A stretch of DNA of 60,846 bases, taken from positions 1 through 60,846 of the forward strand of contig JAGXLF010000004.1 in assembly GCA_018334835.1 (NCBI GenBank), read 5' to 3'. Shown here one piece after another: positions 19,401 to 29,000 of the stretch (positions are counted from its first letter, which is position 1; every line of letters starts with the position of its first letter). The notes beneath the pieces were generated by a model that saw only the letters and a program-made list of their open reading frames with translations, made no database searches and had not been told where the DNA came from. The DNA comes from Thermoplasmatota archaeon. GTDB lineage: Archaea > Thermoplasmatota > Thermoplasmata > Halarchaeoplasmatales > Halarchaeoplasmataceae. The position numbers were made by a program, and so were the translations under genes.

Positions 19401-19785
19401 CTCCCAGATAGGAAGAGCTGGTGGATTTACTCAATCTTTCACTGAATCTCTAGCGAGGTTGATCTCACTCTGCCTTAGATCTGGGATCCCTCCAGAAGAG
19501 ATAATAGATCAGTTAGAAGGAATTAGATCACCTGAGATCGCTTTTGAAGAGGGTGAAAAGATACTTTCGATTCCAGATGCAATGGCTAAAGCCTTGAAGT
19601 GGCATAGAGAAGGTAAAAAACGGACCGAACAGGCACAGCTTCCAACCGAAGAAAGCGGTTCTAAATCCTCGGTAGAGGAGATGGTCTCTCAGGGGATAAA
19701 TCCTGCTTGTCCCGACTGTGGAGCCATGCTGACACTCTCCGAAGGCTGCGTTACCTGCCCGAACTGTGGATACAGCCAATGTTAG
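16426..19785 (+). CDS. nrdJ: Adenosylcobalamin-dependent (class II) ribonucleotide reductase with one intein
   Basis: N-extein ends ...NGEPGILFLDRIN...ATNP and C-extein begins CGEQPL, so splicing restores the NPCGE active site. A C-terminal CxxC...CxxC Zn ribbon (CPDCGAM...CVTCPNCG) is present. Extein total is 751 aa. Confidence 0.95.
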   Translation: MSAEKLTENAKKILKERYLKRDEEGDVVETPEEMFERVASAVAKVNEEYDDDRTIEEEEKEFFDALSSLDFIPNSPTLMNAGLELGQLSACFVLSPRDDMESIFQQVKNAAKIFQSGGGVGYTFSRLRPRGDTVKSTGGVASGPVSFMKVYDEMCNTIKQGGKRRGAQMGVLSVQHPDIEEFIEAKDEEGELENFNISVALTEEFMEAVEKGEDYDLINPRNDEVEGQLDAERIYDKIVNQAWKNGEPGILFLDRINEDNPFNIDEYPGHYIDATNPCVTGDTLISTKEGVFSAEELYENGKELDIVVDGRLSKEKIKEASEVFKTGEKDVFNLKTKEGYEIGLTEDHRVMTSEGWKEVKELEVDDKVHIIDRETKFDNGGSLKEGFVLGWIVGDGQIKDSEERVTLHFYDKDTEISNKYAEYVNSIIREPRGNGDYEVGVQEIERGENSVKEQRVRSARLYEVTEKYGLNDNKLQVPDELFKNGKKTAKGFLQGLFTADGSVQGNIEKGVSVRLSSSELDLLKEVQQLLLGFGIKSKIYEERRKEGERELPDSNNGTKNYHVKAQHDLVISKDNLQLYKDKIGFVRDDKNEKLGELLEEYDRGPYSEKHLATVDSIEHDGHEAVYDLTEPDTNSFVANGFVVHNCGEQPLEDFEACNLGHINLSHAVEAGEIDWEHLEKMVDLSVRFLDNVIDASDFPDVTGYEGEEDAIRKKVNENRKIGLGVMGWHNMLMQLEIPYDSEEAIDKAHEVMEFIQQKSKEVSKRIAEKRGEFPNWDESEYEEPIRNATTTTIAPTGTTSMIANASGGIEPVFAVSYIKNVLDGETMVMPDPVFEDFAKEREFYSDELMEKIAKQGSVNDIDEVPEEIKPLFKTALEISPEWHIRMQAAFQEYVDNAISKTVNFPNEASKEDIKEVYDLAYDLKCKGVTVYRSGSRQEQVMEVEGEKEEKTLERRPRERPTTVEGTTQKIQTGYGGLYVTINEDEYGLFEVFSQIGRAGGFTQSFTESLARLISLCLRSGIPPEEIIDQLEGIRSPEIAFEEGEKILSIPDAMAKALKWHREGKKRTEQAQLPTEESGSKSSVEEMVSQGINPACPDCGAMLTLSEGCVTCPNCGYSQC
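17257..18360 (+). mobile_element. Intein (368 aa) with a LAGLIDADG homing-endonuclease domain, inserted at the NPC/GE catalytic-Cys site of NrdJ
   Basis: Begins CVTGDTLI (block A). Has TEDHRVMT (block B), two LAGLIDADG motifs (LGWIVGDGQI and FLQGLFTADGSV), and ends FVVHN followed by the +1 Cys. Coordinates follow from residue counting: C278 to N645. Confidence 0.9.
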
Positions 19786-19883
19786 AACAGATAAAAAAGC
19801 GACCCTACGCCTATTTTATTTCTTACTTTTAAATTTCAAAAATTAGAAATAGTTCTTCTTAATAGAGGGAAAACGGTGGCAAG

Positions 19884-21215
19884 ATGGAAAAGAGAAAAAG
19901 AAGAATAATAATAATGGGAGCAGCAGGAAGAGATTTCCACAACTTTAATACTGCTTTCAAAGACAATGATGAGTTCGAAGTGGTTGCATTTACTGCAACC
20001 CAGATTCCTGATATAGAAGGAAGAAGATATCCTCCTGCACTTTCTGGAGATCTTTATCCTGAAGGTATTCCTATAATACCTGAAGAGAAGCTGGTCGAAA
20101 CTATACAGGAGGAAAGGATAGATGAAGTCGTTTTTGCCTATAGCGATGTTACTCATGAATATGTTATGCATAAGGCTTCAGAGGTTATCTCTGCAGGAGC
20201 AGATTTCGTTCTTTTGGGGAACCGCGAGACTATGCTGAAGGCGAGGATTCCGGTAATTTCGGTCTGTGCTGGTAGAACTGGAGCGGGAAAAAGCCAAACT
20301 ACCCGGGCGATATGCGATTATATGAACGAAAAAGGCACGGATCTGGTAACCATCCGACATCCGATGCCTTATGGTGACTTAGAAAAGCAGGCGGTTCAAA
20401 GATTTGAGGATTATGAGGATCTAGAGAAACACGACACCACGATAGAAGAACGAGAAGAGTATGAACCTTATATCGATAAAGGGATGGTGATCTACGCTGG
20501 AGTGGATTATGGTGCTATCCTCAGAGAGGCAGAAAAAGAAGGCGATATCTTGATATGGGATGGAGGCAACAATGACACGCCGTTTTACAGACCTGATCTT
20601 CATCTTGTCGTACTCGATCCACATAGGGTAGGACACGAAACTACATACCACCCAGGTGAGGTAAACCTCAATATGGCTGATGTCTGCATCATAAATAAAT
20701 GTGATACCGCAGACGAGGAAGACATAAGAAAATTGGAAAGCAACATAAAAGAAGTGAATCCAGATGCGGAGATCGTTAGAGCGAACTCTCCTATCACAGT
20801 CGATCATCCGGAGATAATCAAAGGTAAGAAAGTCCTTGTCATAGAAGACGGACCTACGGTAACCCACGGTGAGATGTCCTTCGGTGCAGGTAAACTGGCA
20901 GCGGAAAAATACGGTGCTTCCGAGATAGTTGATCCAAGAGAGTATGCAGTAGGATCGATAAAAGAGACCTTTGAGAAATTTTCACATATCGAGGAAGTAC
21001 TACCCGCGATGGGATATTCCGATGAACAGGTAGAGGACTTAAGAAAGACTATAGAGAACTCCGACTGTGATCTCGTCGTCTCCGGGACCCCGATAGACAT
21101 AACTAGAATTCTAGACACGGAAAAACCTACAGCACATGTAAAATACAAACTCGAGGTACAGGAGGAAGGGAAACTAGAGAGTATCTTGGACGATTTCAAA
21201 GAAGAGTTCTGCTGA
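19884..21215 (+). CDS. COG2403-type predicted P-loop GTPase (family related to cyclic 2,3-diphosphoglycerate synthetase)
   Basis: N-terminal IIIMGAAGRDFHNFN, Walker A CAGRTGAGKSQTT and an NKxD-like INKCD. Confidence 0.6.
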   Translation: MEKRKRRIIIMGAAGRDFHNFNTAFKDNDEFEVVAFTATQIPDIEGRRYPPALSGDLYPEGIPIIPEEKLVETIQEERIDEVVFAYSDVTHEYVMHKASEVISAGADFVLLGNRETMLKARIPVISVCAGRTGAGKSQTTRAICDYMNEKGTDLVTIRHPMPYGDLEKQAVQRFEDYEDLEKHDTTIEEREEYEPYIDKGMVIYAGVDYGAILREAEKEGDILIWDGGNNDTPFYRPDLHLVVLDPHRVGHETTYHPGEVNLNMADVCIINKCDTADEEDIRKLESNIKEVNPDAEIVRANSPITVDHPEIIKGKKVLVIEDGPTVTHGEMSFGAGKLAAEKYGASEIVDPREYAVGSIKETFEKFSHIEEVLPAMGYSDEQVEDLRKTIENSDCDLVVSGTPIDITRILDTEKPTAHVKYKLEVQEEGKLESILDDFKEEFC

Positions 21216-21285
21216 AAACCTTTTTTCCCTCTCTTTCAGCTCTTTAGAAAGGCTTAAAAACTGCTTGTTTCATATCTAAATATAG

Positions 21286-22614
21286 ATGGATGTAGATTTA
21301 GCGGATGATAAGCACTTCGTTCAGTCTAGTAAGATGTGTGCTCGATGTAGAGGGTCTAAAAATCTTTGCGGTAGAGAGCGCTGTCCAGTTGTGGTAAAAT
21401 ATTACCACAGGATGAAATCTGAACCGATGATAGAGGATAAAGATATATCAGGTTCTTCTCCGCCGGCTGTTTTTGTAGGAAGATATGGTTATCCCAAAGT
21501 CGATGTCGGTCCTCTAGTTCCGCCTTTCCATGGTGATACTAAAGATTTGGATACACCGGAAACTTGGGTCGGACGGGATATAGATGATATTGTAAATACG
21601 AGAACAAAACTCGTCAGAGGAAAACATCCGGTAAGGGTAGATAAATTCGAGGATTCAGACAGAGTGATAGACTTCACCCGCCAGATGACACTTTCCAAAG
21701 AACCTGCTGAAGTAGAGGCCTTTTTTAAAAAGAAACCCGGTGGAAAGATAGCTGTTTCTGATTCTGTACAACCCTACGGTCCGTCCGGACCACTCGAAAA
21801 TATGGACCTCGGGACTATAAAGTTCGATAGAAGGTTGGATAAAGTTCACTTCGATACAGACCTAAAAGCAACTAAAGGAGTCATGAATTTATATGAAAAC
21901 GATGTTCTGATCTCTAAGATACAGAGAGCATTCAGTGTAGGTGCTTTCGGATTGAAAAATAACCGAAAATTCGTACCAACTAGATGGAGCATCACGGCAG
22001 TAGACGACACCGTTGGTAAAAACCTGAGAGAAAGGGTCAAAGACTACAGACCTATAGACGAGTACAGGGTATACGAGACTTGGGAACTCGATAATAGGTG
22101 GGAAATATTGATGCTACCGAGAACCTGGATCTATGAGCTAGTGGAAGCATGGTATCCAGAAACTGCTTGGAATCCTCACGGAAACGACATCGCCATAATA
22201 TCTAGTCATGAAAAATATGAAGGTCGTTCAGATTATGCCGAGATCGGCGGGTGCTTTTATGCAGCTAGACTGGCTATAGCTGAAAAACTCTCACAAGAGA
22301 AAAGGCAGGCTGGAGCGGTCATCTTGAGAGAAACACATCCGGGATATATTATGCCTGTCGGTGTTTGGAACGTTAGAGAACATGTGAGAGATGCTCTTAG
22401 AAAAGAACCAAAGACTTTTGAGAGCCTGAAAGAGGCTTTGTTTTATATGTCTACACGTTTAGACATAAAAATAGATACTTGGAAAAAGTACAGTGAAGTG
22501 CTTCGTGATTCTCTATATCAAACGCGTCTTAGTGATTTTGGTATGGACTTAAGCAAGAAATCCGATTCGCAAGAAAAAGATTTTGAATTTGGAGATGATA
22601 GACATTGGAATTAG
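21286..22614 (+). CDS. nreA: NreA-family DNA repair protein
   Basis: N-terminal Cys motif MCARCRGSKNLCGRERCPV, size of about 440 aa, and a PIP-like QTRLSDFG near the C-terminus (nt 22519-22542). Confidence 0.75.
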   Translation: MDVDLADDKHFVQSSKMCARCRGSKNLCGRERCPVVVKYYHRMKSEPMIEDKDISGSSPPAVFVGRYGYPKVDVGPLVPPFHGDTKDLDTPETWVGRDIDDIVNTRTKLVRGKHPVRVDKFEDSDRVIDFTRQMTLSKEPAEVEAFFKKKPGGKIAVSDSVQPYGPSGPLENMDLGTIKFDRRLDKVHFDTDLKATKGVMNLYENDVLISKIQRAFSVGAFGLKNNRKFVPTRWSITAVDDTVGKNLRERVKDYRPIDEYRVYETWELDNRWEILMLPRTWIYELVEAWYPETAWNPHGNDIAIISSHEKYEGRSDYAEIGGCFYAARLAIAEKLSQEKRQAGAVILRETHPGYIMPVGVWNVREHVRDALRKEPKTFESLKEALFYMSTRLDIKIDTWKKYSEVLRDSLYQTRLSDFGMDLSKKSDSQEKDFEFGDDRHWN

Positions 22615-23408
22615 GATTTACAAAAGCTGAGATAGAGGGAGTAGAGATCAAACCTGTCAGTTGTAAAACGGCTCTTTCTAAATCTAGATTAGAATCAGAT
22701 TATGCATTGAATCCATATAGAGGGTGTTCTCACGGTTGCAAATACTGTTACAGCCCCTGTGTTCTCAGAGAGGAACGGCCCTGGGGAAAATTTTTGGATG
22801 TTAAGAGAAACATACCCAATGTCCTTTCAAAGGAATTAAAAAAGAAGAAAAAAGGAATGATACGGATAGGAAGTGTTACTGATCCATATCAAGAAGCTGA
22901 AGGAAGTTATGAGTTGACTAGAAGATGTTTAGAGCAACTTTCGAGACACGATTTTCCGATCCTGATCCAAACCAAATCAGGTCTGGTGAGAAGAGATACA
23001 GACCTCCTTAAAAAAATAGATTCGGATATCGGTTTTACTATCACTACTTTGAATGAGGATTTTAGAAAGAAGTTTGAGCCAAACGCCCCTCCTGTGTCGG
23101 AAAGGTTGTCCGCTATAAGAGAATTAAAAGAAGAAGGTCTGGACCTATGGGTTTTCATAGGGCCTTTATTCCCATATCTCAACGATAAGAAAGAAGATTT
23201 GATCAGATTGAAGAATACATTGAAGTCATTAGGTATAGAAGAGATATACTTAGATAAATTAAACTTGAGAAAGAAAGTCTGGGAACGCATAAAACCTCTA
23301 CTTGGAAGCGAGATGCAAAAAAAGTATAGAGATATATATTTTGATGGCGATGATTATTTTAAAAGAAAGAAAAAGATGTTTGAGTCTATTGGTAAAACAG
23401 TATTTTGA
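22605..23408 (+). CDS. Radical SAM protein of the SplB / DNA-repair-photolyase-like family (COG1533-like)
   Basis: NPYRGCSHGCKYCY radical SAM motif in the context typical for this family. The TTG start overlaps the nreA end by 10 nt. Confidence 0.75.
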   Translation: MELGFTKAEIEGVEIKPVSCKTALSKSRLESDYALNPYRGCSHGCKYCYSPCVLREERPWGKFLDVKRNIPNVLSKELKKKKKGMIRIGSVTDPYQEAEGSYELTRRCLEQLSRHDFPILIQTKSGLVRRDTDLLKKIDSDIGFTITTLNEDFRKKFEPNAPPVSERLSAIRELKEEGLDLWVFIGPLFPYLNDKKEDLIRLKNTLKSLGIEEIYLDKLNLRKKVWERIKPLLGSEMQKKYRDIYFDGDDYFKRKKKMFESIGKTVF

Positions 23409-23468
23409 TATCGGTCAAATTTCGTAAAAGATTTATATAATCCGAGCAGATAACTATAATGGGAGATC

Positions 23469-24293
23469 ATGTTCAAGAAAAAAGAACTAGAGAAAAAATT
23501 AGAAACTTATCAGAAGAAGTTGAAGAATTTAAAAAACAAAAATAAAGAACTTCAAAACGAAAAGCGAGAGTTATTGAAAGAGAAAAAAAAGATACTAGAC
23601 AAACATGGAGACCAGCTCAAAAATTTGATCGAAAAGATGAGCGATGGAGAAATGGAAGATATCTCTGAAGACACCGAAGGATTGATTGAAAGACTAGAGT
23701 CTGAAATTTTTGATCTTAAGGAGGAAGTCGAAGAGCTGAATAGAGAGAATGAAGAATTGATCGAAGAATTGAATGAATATGAAGCTGAAGATGATTATGC
23801 TCTGCGGAGTGATAAAAACACGCTTATCCCTGAGAGATCTGAAATAAACGGCGGGATAAAGTGCAAGAGCGATATCGAGATAGGAGATTCGACGGTAGTA
23901 CACGGGCCGGTGGAATCCTCCGGAGATATGAAGATCGGTGATGATGTTACGATAGAGGGGCCCCTAGAAGGAAAATCAGGTGAAATCGATATAGGTGCTA
24001 GAACAGAGATACTTGGTAAAGTGAGAGGATCAAACATCAATCTTGGAGAAAAAAGCCAGGCAGAAAATTTAGAATGTTTCGGTGACGTGATTTTGAATGA
24101 AAATTCAGTAGTCTCTGATGTTATAGCTGTAGGAAATATCAACATGATGGACGGTGCAAAAGCAGAGGGAAAACTCAAGTACGGGAAAAATTTCGACGGT
24201 GGGGAGGGAATATCGATAGTCGGATCGGTTATGCCGCTTTCTAAAGAAGAGATCGAGGAAGAGCTGAAAGAAAAAAACCTGTCACAGGACTAG
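23469..24293 (+). CDS. Coiled-coil protein with a C-terminal bactofilin-like (polymer-forming beta-helix) domain
   Basis: The first ~115 aa are heptad-like and K/E-rich. They are followed by repetitive beta-helix-like turns (IEIGDSTVVHGPVESSGDMKIGDDVTIEGPLEGKSGEIDIGARTEILGKVRGSNINLGE...GDVILNENSVVSDVIAVGNINMMDGAKAEGKL). Confidence 0.6.
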   Translation: MFKKKELEKKLETYQKKLKNLKNKNKELQNEKRELLKEKKKILDKHGDQLKNLIEKMSDGEMEDISEDTEGLIERLESEIFDLKEEVEELNRENEELIEELNEYEAEDDYALRSDKNTLIPERSEINGGIKCKSDIEIGDSTVVHGPVESSGDMKIGDDVTIEGPLEGKSGEIDIGARTEILGKVRGSNINLGEKSQAENLECFGDVILNENSVVSDVIAVGNINMMDGAKAEGKLKYGKNFDGGEGISIVGSVMPLSKEEIEEELKEKNLSQD

Positions 24294-25036
24294 AAGAAAT
24301 CGCTCATCTTATCTCTTCTAAATATATTCATCTCACTCACAGTAGTACTACCTTCCTGACTAATGACGAATAAAACCGCCTTCGCCACCTCTTCTGGATC
24401 TAATACCTCTTTTGAGTCGAACTTTTTTTTGTACTTTTCTCCTTCCTCGTCCTCTATATCAGTTCTAACCTCAGAGGGATTTATCAAACTAACCCCTACA
24501 CCTGATTCGCCTACAATACTCTCGATACTGTGAGCGAATGCTTTAGTCCACCATTTCGAAGCTGCGTAGATAGGATTGAATGACCGAGGATGATTAGCGT
24601 CGAAACTGCCTATGAAAACTAAATTCCCTTCGGATTCTTTAAGATGTGGTATCGCTTCTCTAGTGAAGAAAAACATACCGTCACAGTTGGTCCCCATGAT
24701 ATCTTTGTAGTCCTCTGTGGAAAAGTTTTCTATCTCACCGTATCGGATTATCCCTGCATTATTTATCAGTATATTCAATTTACCGAATTTATCTATCGTT
24801 TTCTCTACAGCACCTTTGACTTGTTCCTCTTTTCTGACATCGGTGGGTAAGATCAGAGTGTCGATGAGATATTTTTCTTCCAAGCTCTTTGACAATGCTT
24901 CAAGCTTCTCCTCGTTTCTAGCGACCAAAGCAAGATTCACCTTCTTTCTCGCCAAGCTTTTACAGACGGCCTCACCTATCCCAGAACTTGCTCCCGTCAC
25001 AATAGCGATTTTTTCACTCAACGCATCATGATCCAT
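24290..25036 (-). CDS. Short-chain dehydrogenase/reductase (SDR)
   Basis: TGASSGIG cofactor motif, NNAG, and catalytic YAASK. The start at M8 is preceded by a GAGGTG Shine-Dalgarno-like element. The ATG at 25057 is an alternative. Confidence 0.85.
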   Translation of the reverse strand: MDHDALSEKIAIVTGASSGIGEAVCKSLARKKVNLALVARNEEKLEALSKSLEEKYLIDTLILPTDVRKEEQVKGAVEKTIDKFGKLNILINNAGIIRYGEIENFSTEDYKDIMGTNCDGMFFFTREAIPHLKESEGNLVFIGSFDANHPRSFNPIYAASKWWTKAFAHSIESIVGESGVGVSLINPSEVRTDIEDEEGEKYKKKFDSKEVLDPEEVAKAVLFVISQEGSTTVSEMNIFRRDKMSDFF

Positions 25037-25065
25037 CTCAAATACACCTCGATTCATTTTTTAAT

Positions 25066-25965
25066 TCATATGGCATTTATTTTTTTGAGCTCTTTCTTTA
25101 AACCGTTCAATTCCTTTCTATTTAAAGAATTCAACGGTTTTCTTAGATCTCCATAATCCTCTCCTATGACCTTCAAAGCCCCCTTCACGGCCGACATAGT
25201 AGGATAGTTTTTAAATATATTTTTTATCTTTAAAAGTTTTCTTTGTTTCTGCTTCGCCCCTTTTAGATCTCCTGCCCTGTATCTTTCATAGATATCAACT
25301 ACAAGCTTTGGAAAAACGTTTCCCACTGCAGTGACCGCTCCATCTCCGCCTAAAGAGAGATAGGTAAATATAAGTGAATCATTTCCTCCAAAGAAGATGA
25401 AATCCTCTCGCTTCTTTCTGATCTCTACTAATGTATCATAGAACAACTCGATATCTCCAGAGCTATCTTTCAGTCCCGCCAAGTTTTTAACCTCCGCAAG
25501 CTTCGATACGGTAGAAGTATCTATTTCATAGCCGGTGAATTGAGGTATAGAATATAGAAAAACGGGTATTTCAATTTTATCTGAAACTTCCTCGATATGC
25601 TCTTTAAGGGCGATCTCTCTAACAGGATAATAATAAGGAACGATCACGTGGACTGCATCTGCTCCTTTTTCTTCAGCATATTTGCTCAATTTGATAGTTT
25701 TTATAGTGCTGTTACACATGGTTCCAGCGATGACCGGAACCCTACTGTTGACTTTTTCGACAGCGATATCTATGATTTTTTTCTTTTCTTTGAAAGTCAA
25801 AAGCGGAGCTTCGCCGTTGGTCCCGAGAAGGTAGATCCCGTGAACACCACTTTCTAGCACGTAATCTATGAACTCTCTCATCCTTTGTTCATCGATACCA
25901 CCATCTTTACCAAATGGAGTGATGACCGCGGGAAATATCCCTTCAAATAGTTTATCTTGTTTCAT
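25066..25965 (-). CDS. Dihydrodipicolinate synthase / N-acetylneuraminate lyase family class I aldolase
   Basis: GTNGEAPLL, VPYYYP and the Schiff-base Lys block GLKDSSGD. The substrate cannot be inferred. Confidence 0.8.
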   Translation of the reverse strand: MKQDKLFEGIFPAVITPFGKDGGIDEQRMREFIDYVLESGVHGIYLLGTNGEAPLLTFKEKKKIIDIAVEKVNSRVPVIAGTMCNSTIKTIKLSKYAEEKGADAVHVIVPYYYPVREIALKEHIEEVSDKIEIPVFLYSIPQFTGYEIDTSTVSKLAEVKNLAGLKDSSGDIELFYDTLVEIRKKREDFIFFGGNDSLIFTYLSLGGDGAVTAVGNVFPKLVVDIYERYRAGDLKGAKQKQRKLLKIKNIFKNYPTMSAVKGALKVIGEDYGDLRKPLNSLNRKELNGLKKELKKINAI

Positions 25966-26053
25966 AGATAAGATTCACAAATCGAAGTATTTTAAATCTT
26001 TCTAGTTTTATCATCGGCATTAATCTATGAAAAGCGATCTCTCTCATAGCGCC

Positions 26054-29000
26054 TCATAGAAGCATATCCTCATCTTCTAGAGGCTCCGCACTGCCTATCA
26101 CCTCGCCACACTCTGGACATTCCTCACCAGCTTGGTCTTCTCTACATTTCGAGCATAAAGGCAGTTCCCCACACTCATGCTTATAATCTGTCTTTTTACC
26201 ACAGAAATGACAACTTTCGTAAGTAGAGGTATCCTCCTGTATCTCTTCTTTTTCCTCCTGTTCTTTTTCTTTTTCAGATACTTTTTTCTTCTCTTTTTTC
26301 TTGGATGAAACTTTTTCACTTTCCACCCTCTTTTTTTCTCTTTCTATCTCTTCGCCGGTGAGATTTGATATTTTAGTGCTTGGGGCCTGATAGTCATCTC
26401 CTTCAAATTTCTGAAGAGCTGCTTGAAGTTTCTTAGCTTGAAATATACCTATATCTAACTTTCTCACGAGACTCAAGAAGTCTCTGTTTTCAGGAGGTAA
26501 GTCAAGGGCTCTGTGTTTAAGGAGTCTTTCCGTATTCTCATCGATATCTTCGATTTGGATATCTTTCTGGTCAACTGCTCTTATGTATTCAAGAACCTCT
26601 TTGCACTCTTTGATCTCCTTGTCAGGGAAATAGGTGACGATATCGCACAATTTTATCCCTTCCTTGATCAATTTATCTCTCTTCTCTCCGGCAAGTTTAG
26701 ATATCACGACTTTGGAAGCTTTCTCTAAGTTATTCTTCATTTCTTTCGATAGAGAACTCAGATCCAAGCCTTCTTTCAATGTTATGTATTTGAAAACATC
26801 GTCTATATGATTATAAGGAACGTCACATTTCTGGAAAGCTTCTTCTTTAGTCACAGGTTTACCTCTCCTGCATTCGTATTTTAAAATATCTCTCGCATAT
26901 TTCTCGAGGTTTTTCGATTTCTCTCGGTCTTTAGCAACTTCGAGCCCTTCATTTGCGGATTGGAAATCCTGATCTATATCGGTAGCTCTTTCAAAGGCCC
27001 TTTGTGATTTTTCTAATTTCCCCATCTCCAATAGGACTCTACCTTTATTGTTCCATGCATACTTATCTTCTGGATCCAAGCCGATGGCCTTATCGTATGC
27101 GGCTAAAGCTTCCTTCATATCCCCCATCTCTTCATAAGAACGTCCTAACTCGAACCAAGCCTCTTGATACTCTTTGTCTTTTTCCGTAGCTTTCTTGAAG
27201 CTTTCTACCGCCTCCCGAGTGGGTATCTCACTCGTCTCAGATTCGACCTGTCCTTTTTTGAACCAGAGGTTCACATCGTCCGGATCTTTTTCTAGTGCTT
27301 CCTCGTAAGCCCCTATCGCCTCTTCTTTCCTACCAACTAGGTCGTAGCATTCGGCTAAAATCCTCCATGTAGATTTGTCTCCGACTCCTAATTTTATCGC
27401 AGTATCTAAAGAATTGATCGCCTCCTCGTATCTTTCCATTTCAAAAGCTAATTCTCCTTTGCACCTCCAAGCCTCTCCGTTCTGATCATCTATCTCTAGT
27501 GACTTTTCAAAAATCTCCCTTGCATCCTCGTATTTTTCAAATTTAATAAGACATTCACCTTTAAGATTCAAATATTCCGTATTTTCGGGTTCGATTTCTA
27601 GAGCTTTATCATACCATTCTATTGCTTCGTCATATCTTTCCATCTTTTTCAGGGCTTCAGCCTTCCTAATCAGCGGGTGGACATCCTCCTTATCAAGTTC
27701 ATGAGCCTTATTATAAGATCTTAAAGCATTTTCGTATCTTTCTAAGTGCTCTTGAATCATGCCCTTCTGCATCCAAGAAGACTTGTCTTTTGGATCCAAT
27801 TCTAAAGCTTTATCGAAAGCCTCTATACTCTTTTCTCTTTCCTTCAAGAACTTGTGAGCTTTAGCTTTATCTTTCCAAGTTTTAAAGTCATTTTCATCTT
27901 TATCTAGTATCTTATCACAATATTCTACAACTTCTCCCCATCTGTCTAGCTCTTTCAAGATATCTTTTATCCTTCTAAGATCCTCAATACTCTCTTCTAC
28001 CTTAAGAACTCGCTCCATAGGTTCCAGCGCAGCTTCGGCTTCACCGAGTTTTTTCAGAGCCTCAGCTTTGTCCCTCAATGCTTCTATACTCTGAGAATTT
28101 ATCTCCAATATCTTCTCAGCTGTACTCTGGATTTCACTCCATCGGCCTAGGTTTTTCAAGGAGTCTTTCTTGTGCTCTAATACTTTGAGATCGTATTCTT
28201 TCATGTCTAAAGCTCTATTGAAAGACTTTACGGCCTCCGCGTGTTCTCCTATCTCTGCTAAAGAGGTACCTTTCCGAATATGGGCAAATCTATTGCTAGG
28301 GTCTAGTTCTAAAGACTTATCGAAAGCCTCCACCGCCTCTTCATATCTCTCAAGCCACTCAAGCGCTGCTCCCTTGCTGTACCAAATATTTTTGTCTTCA
28401 GTCTCGATTTCCAATGCCTTTTCATATGATCTAACAGCCTCTTCATATCTATCTACCCCCTCCTGAGCGAGGCCTTTGCTGTACCATATTTTGTGATCTT
28501 CAGGATCAATTTCTAAAGCGTGATCATAAGCCTCGATAGCTTCCTTATATCTTTCCAATTTATTCAAGGCATGGCCTTTATTATTCCAATATCTTTTATC
28601 GTCTGGAGCTAACTCGTGGGCTTTTTCAAAACTCTCTACGGCCTCTTCATATCTTCCTTTTTTGTACTCGGAAAGGCCCTTATAATTCCACTGTTCTGGT
28701 CTAGATTCATCGATCGATAGTCCCTTCTGGTAATCTTCTATAGCCTTTTCATGTTTTCCTTTTCTTCTGTAGGCTTTAGCCCTATCAAAATGTGCCTGAG
28801 CGTCGTTAGAATCTAACCTCAAAATCTTTTCGCATATTGATATCACTTCATCGTATCTATTCATATCCAATAGTGCTTCCTTTTTACCTTTCATTGCCTC
28901 AGGATTTTCTTCTTCTAGATTCAGTGACTTTTCAAACTTTTCTAGAGCACTTGATGGAACGTCTTTTTCAAGGTACGCTCTGCCCATGTCGTTCCAAGCC

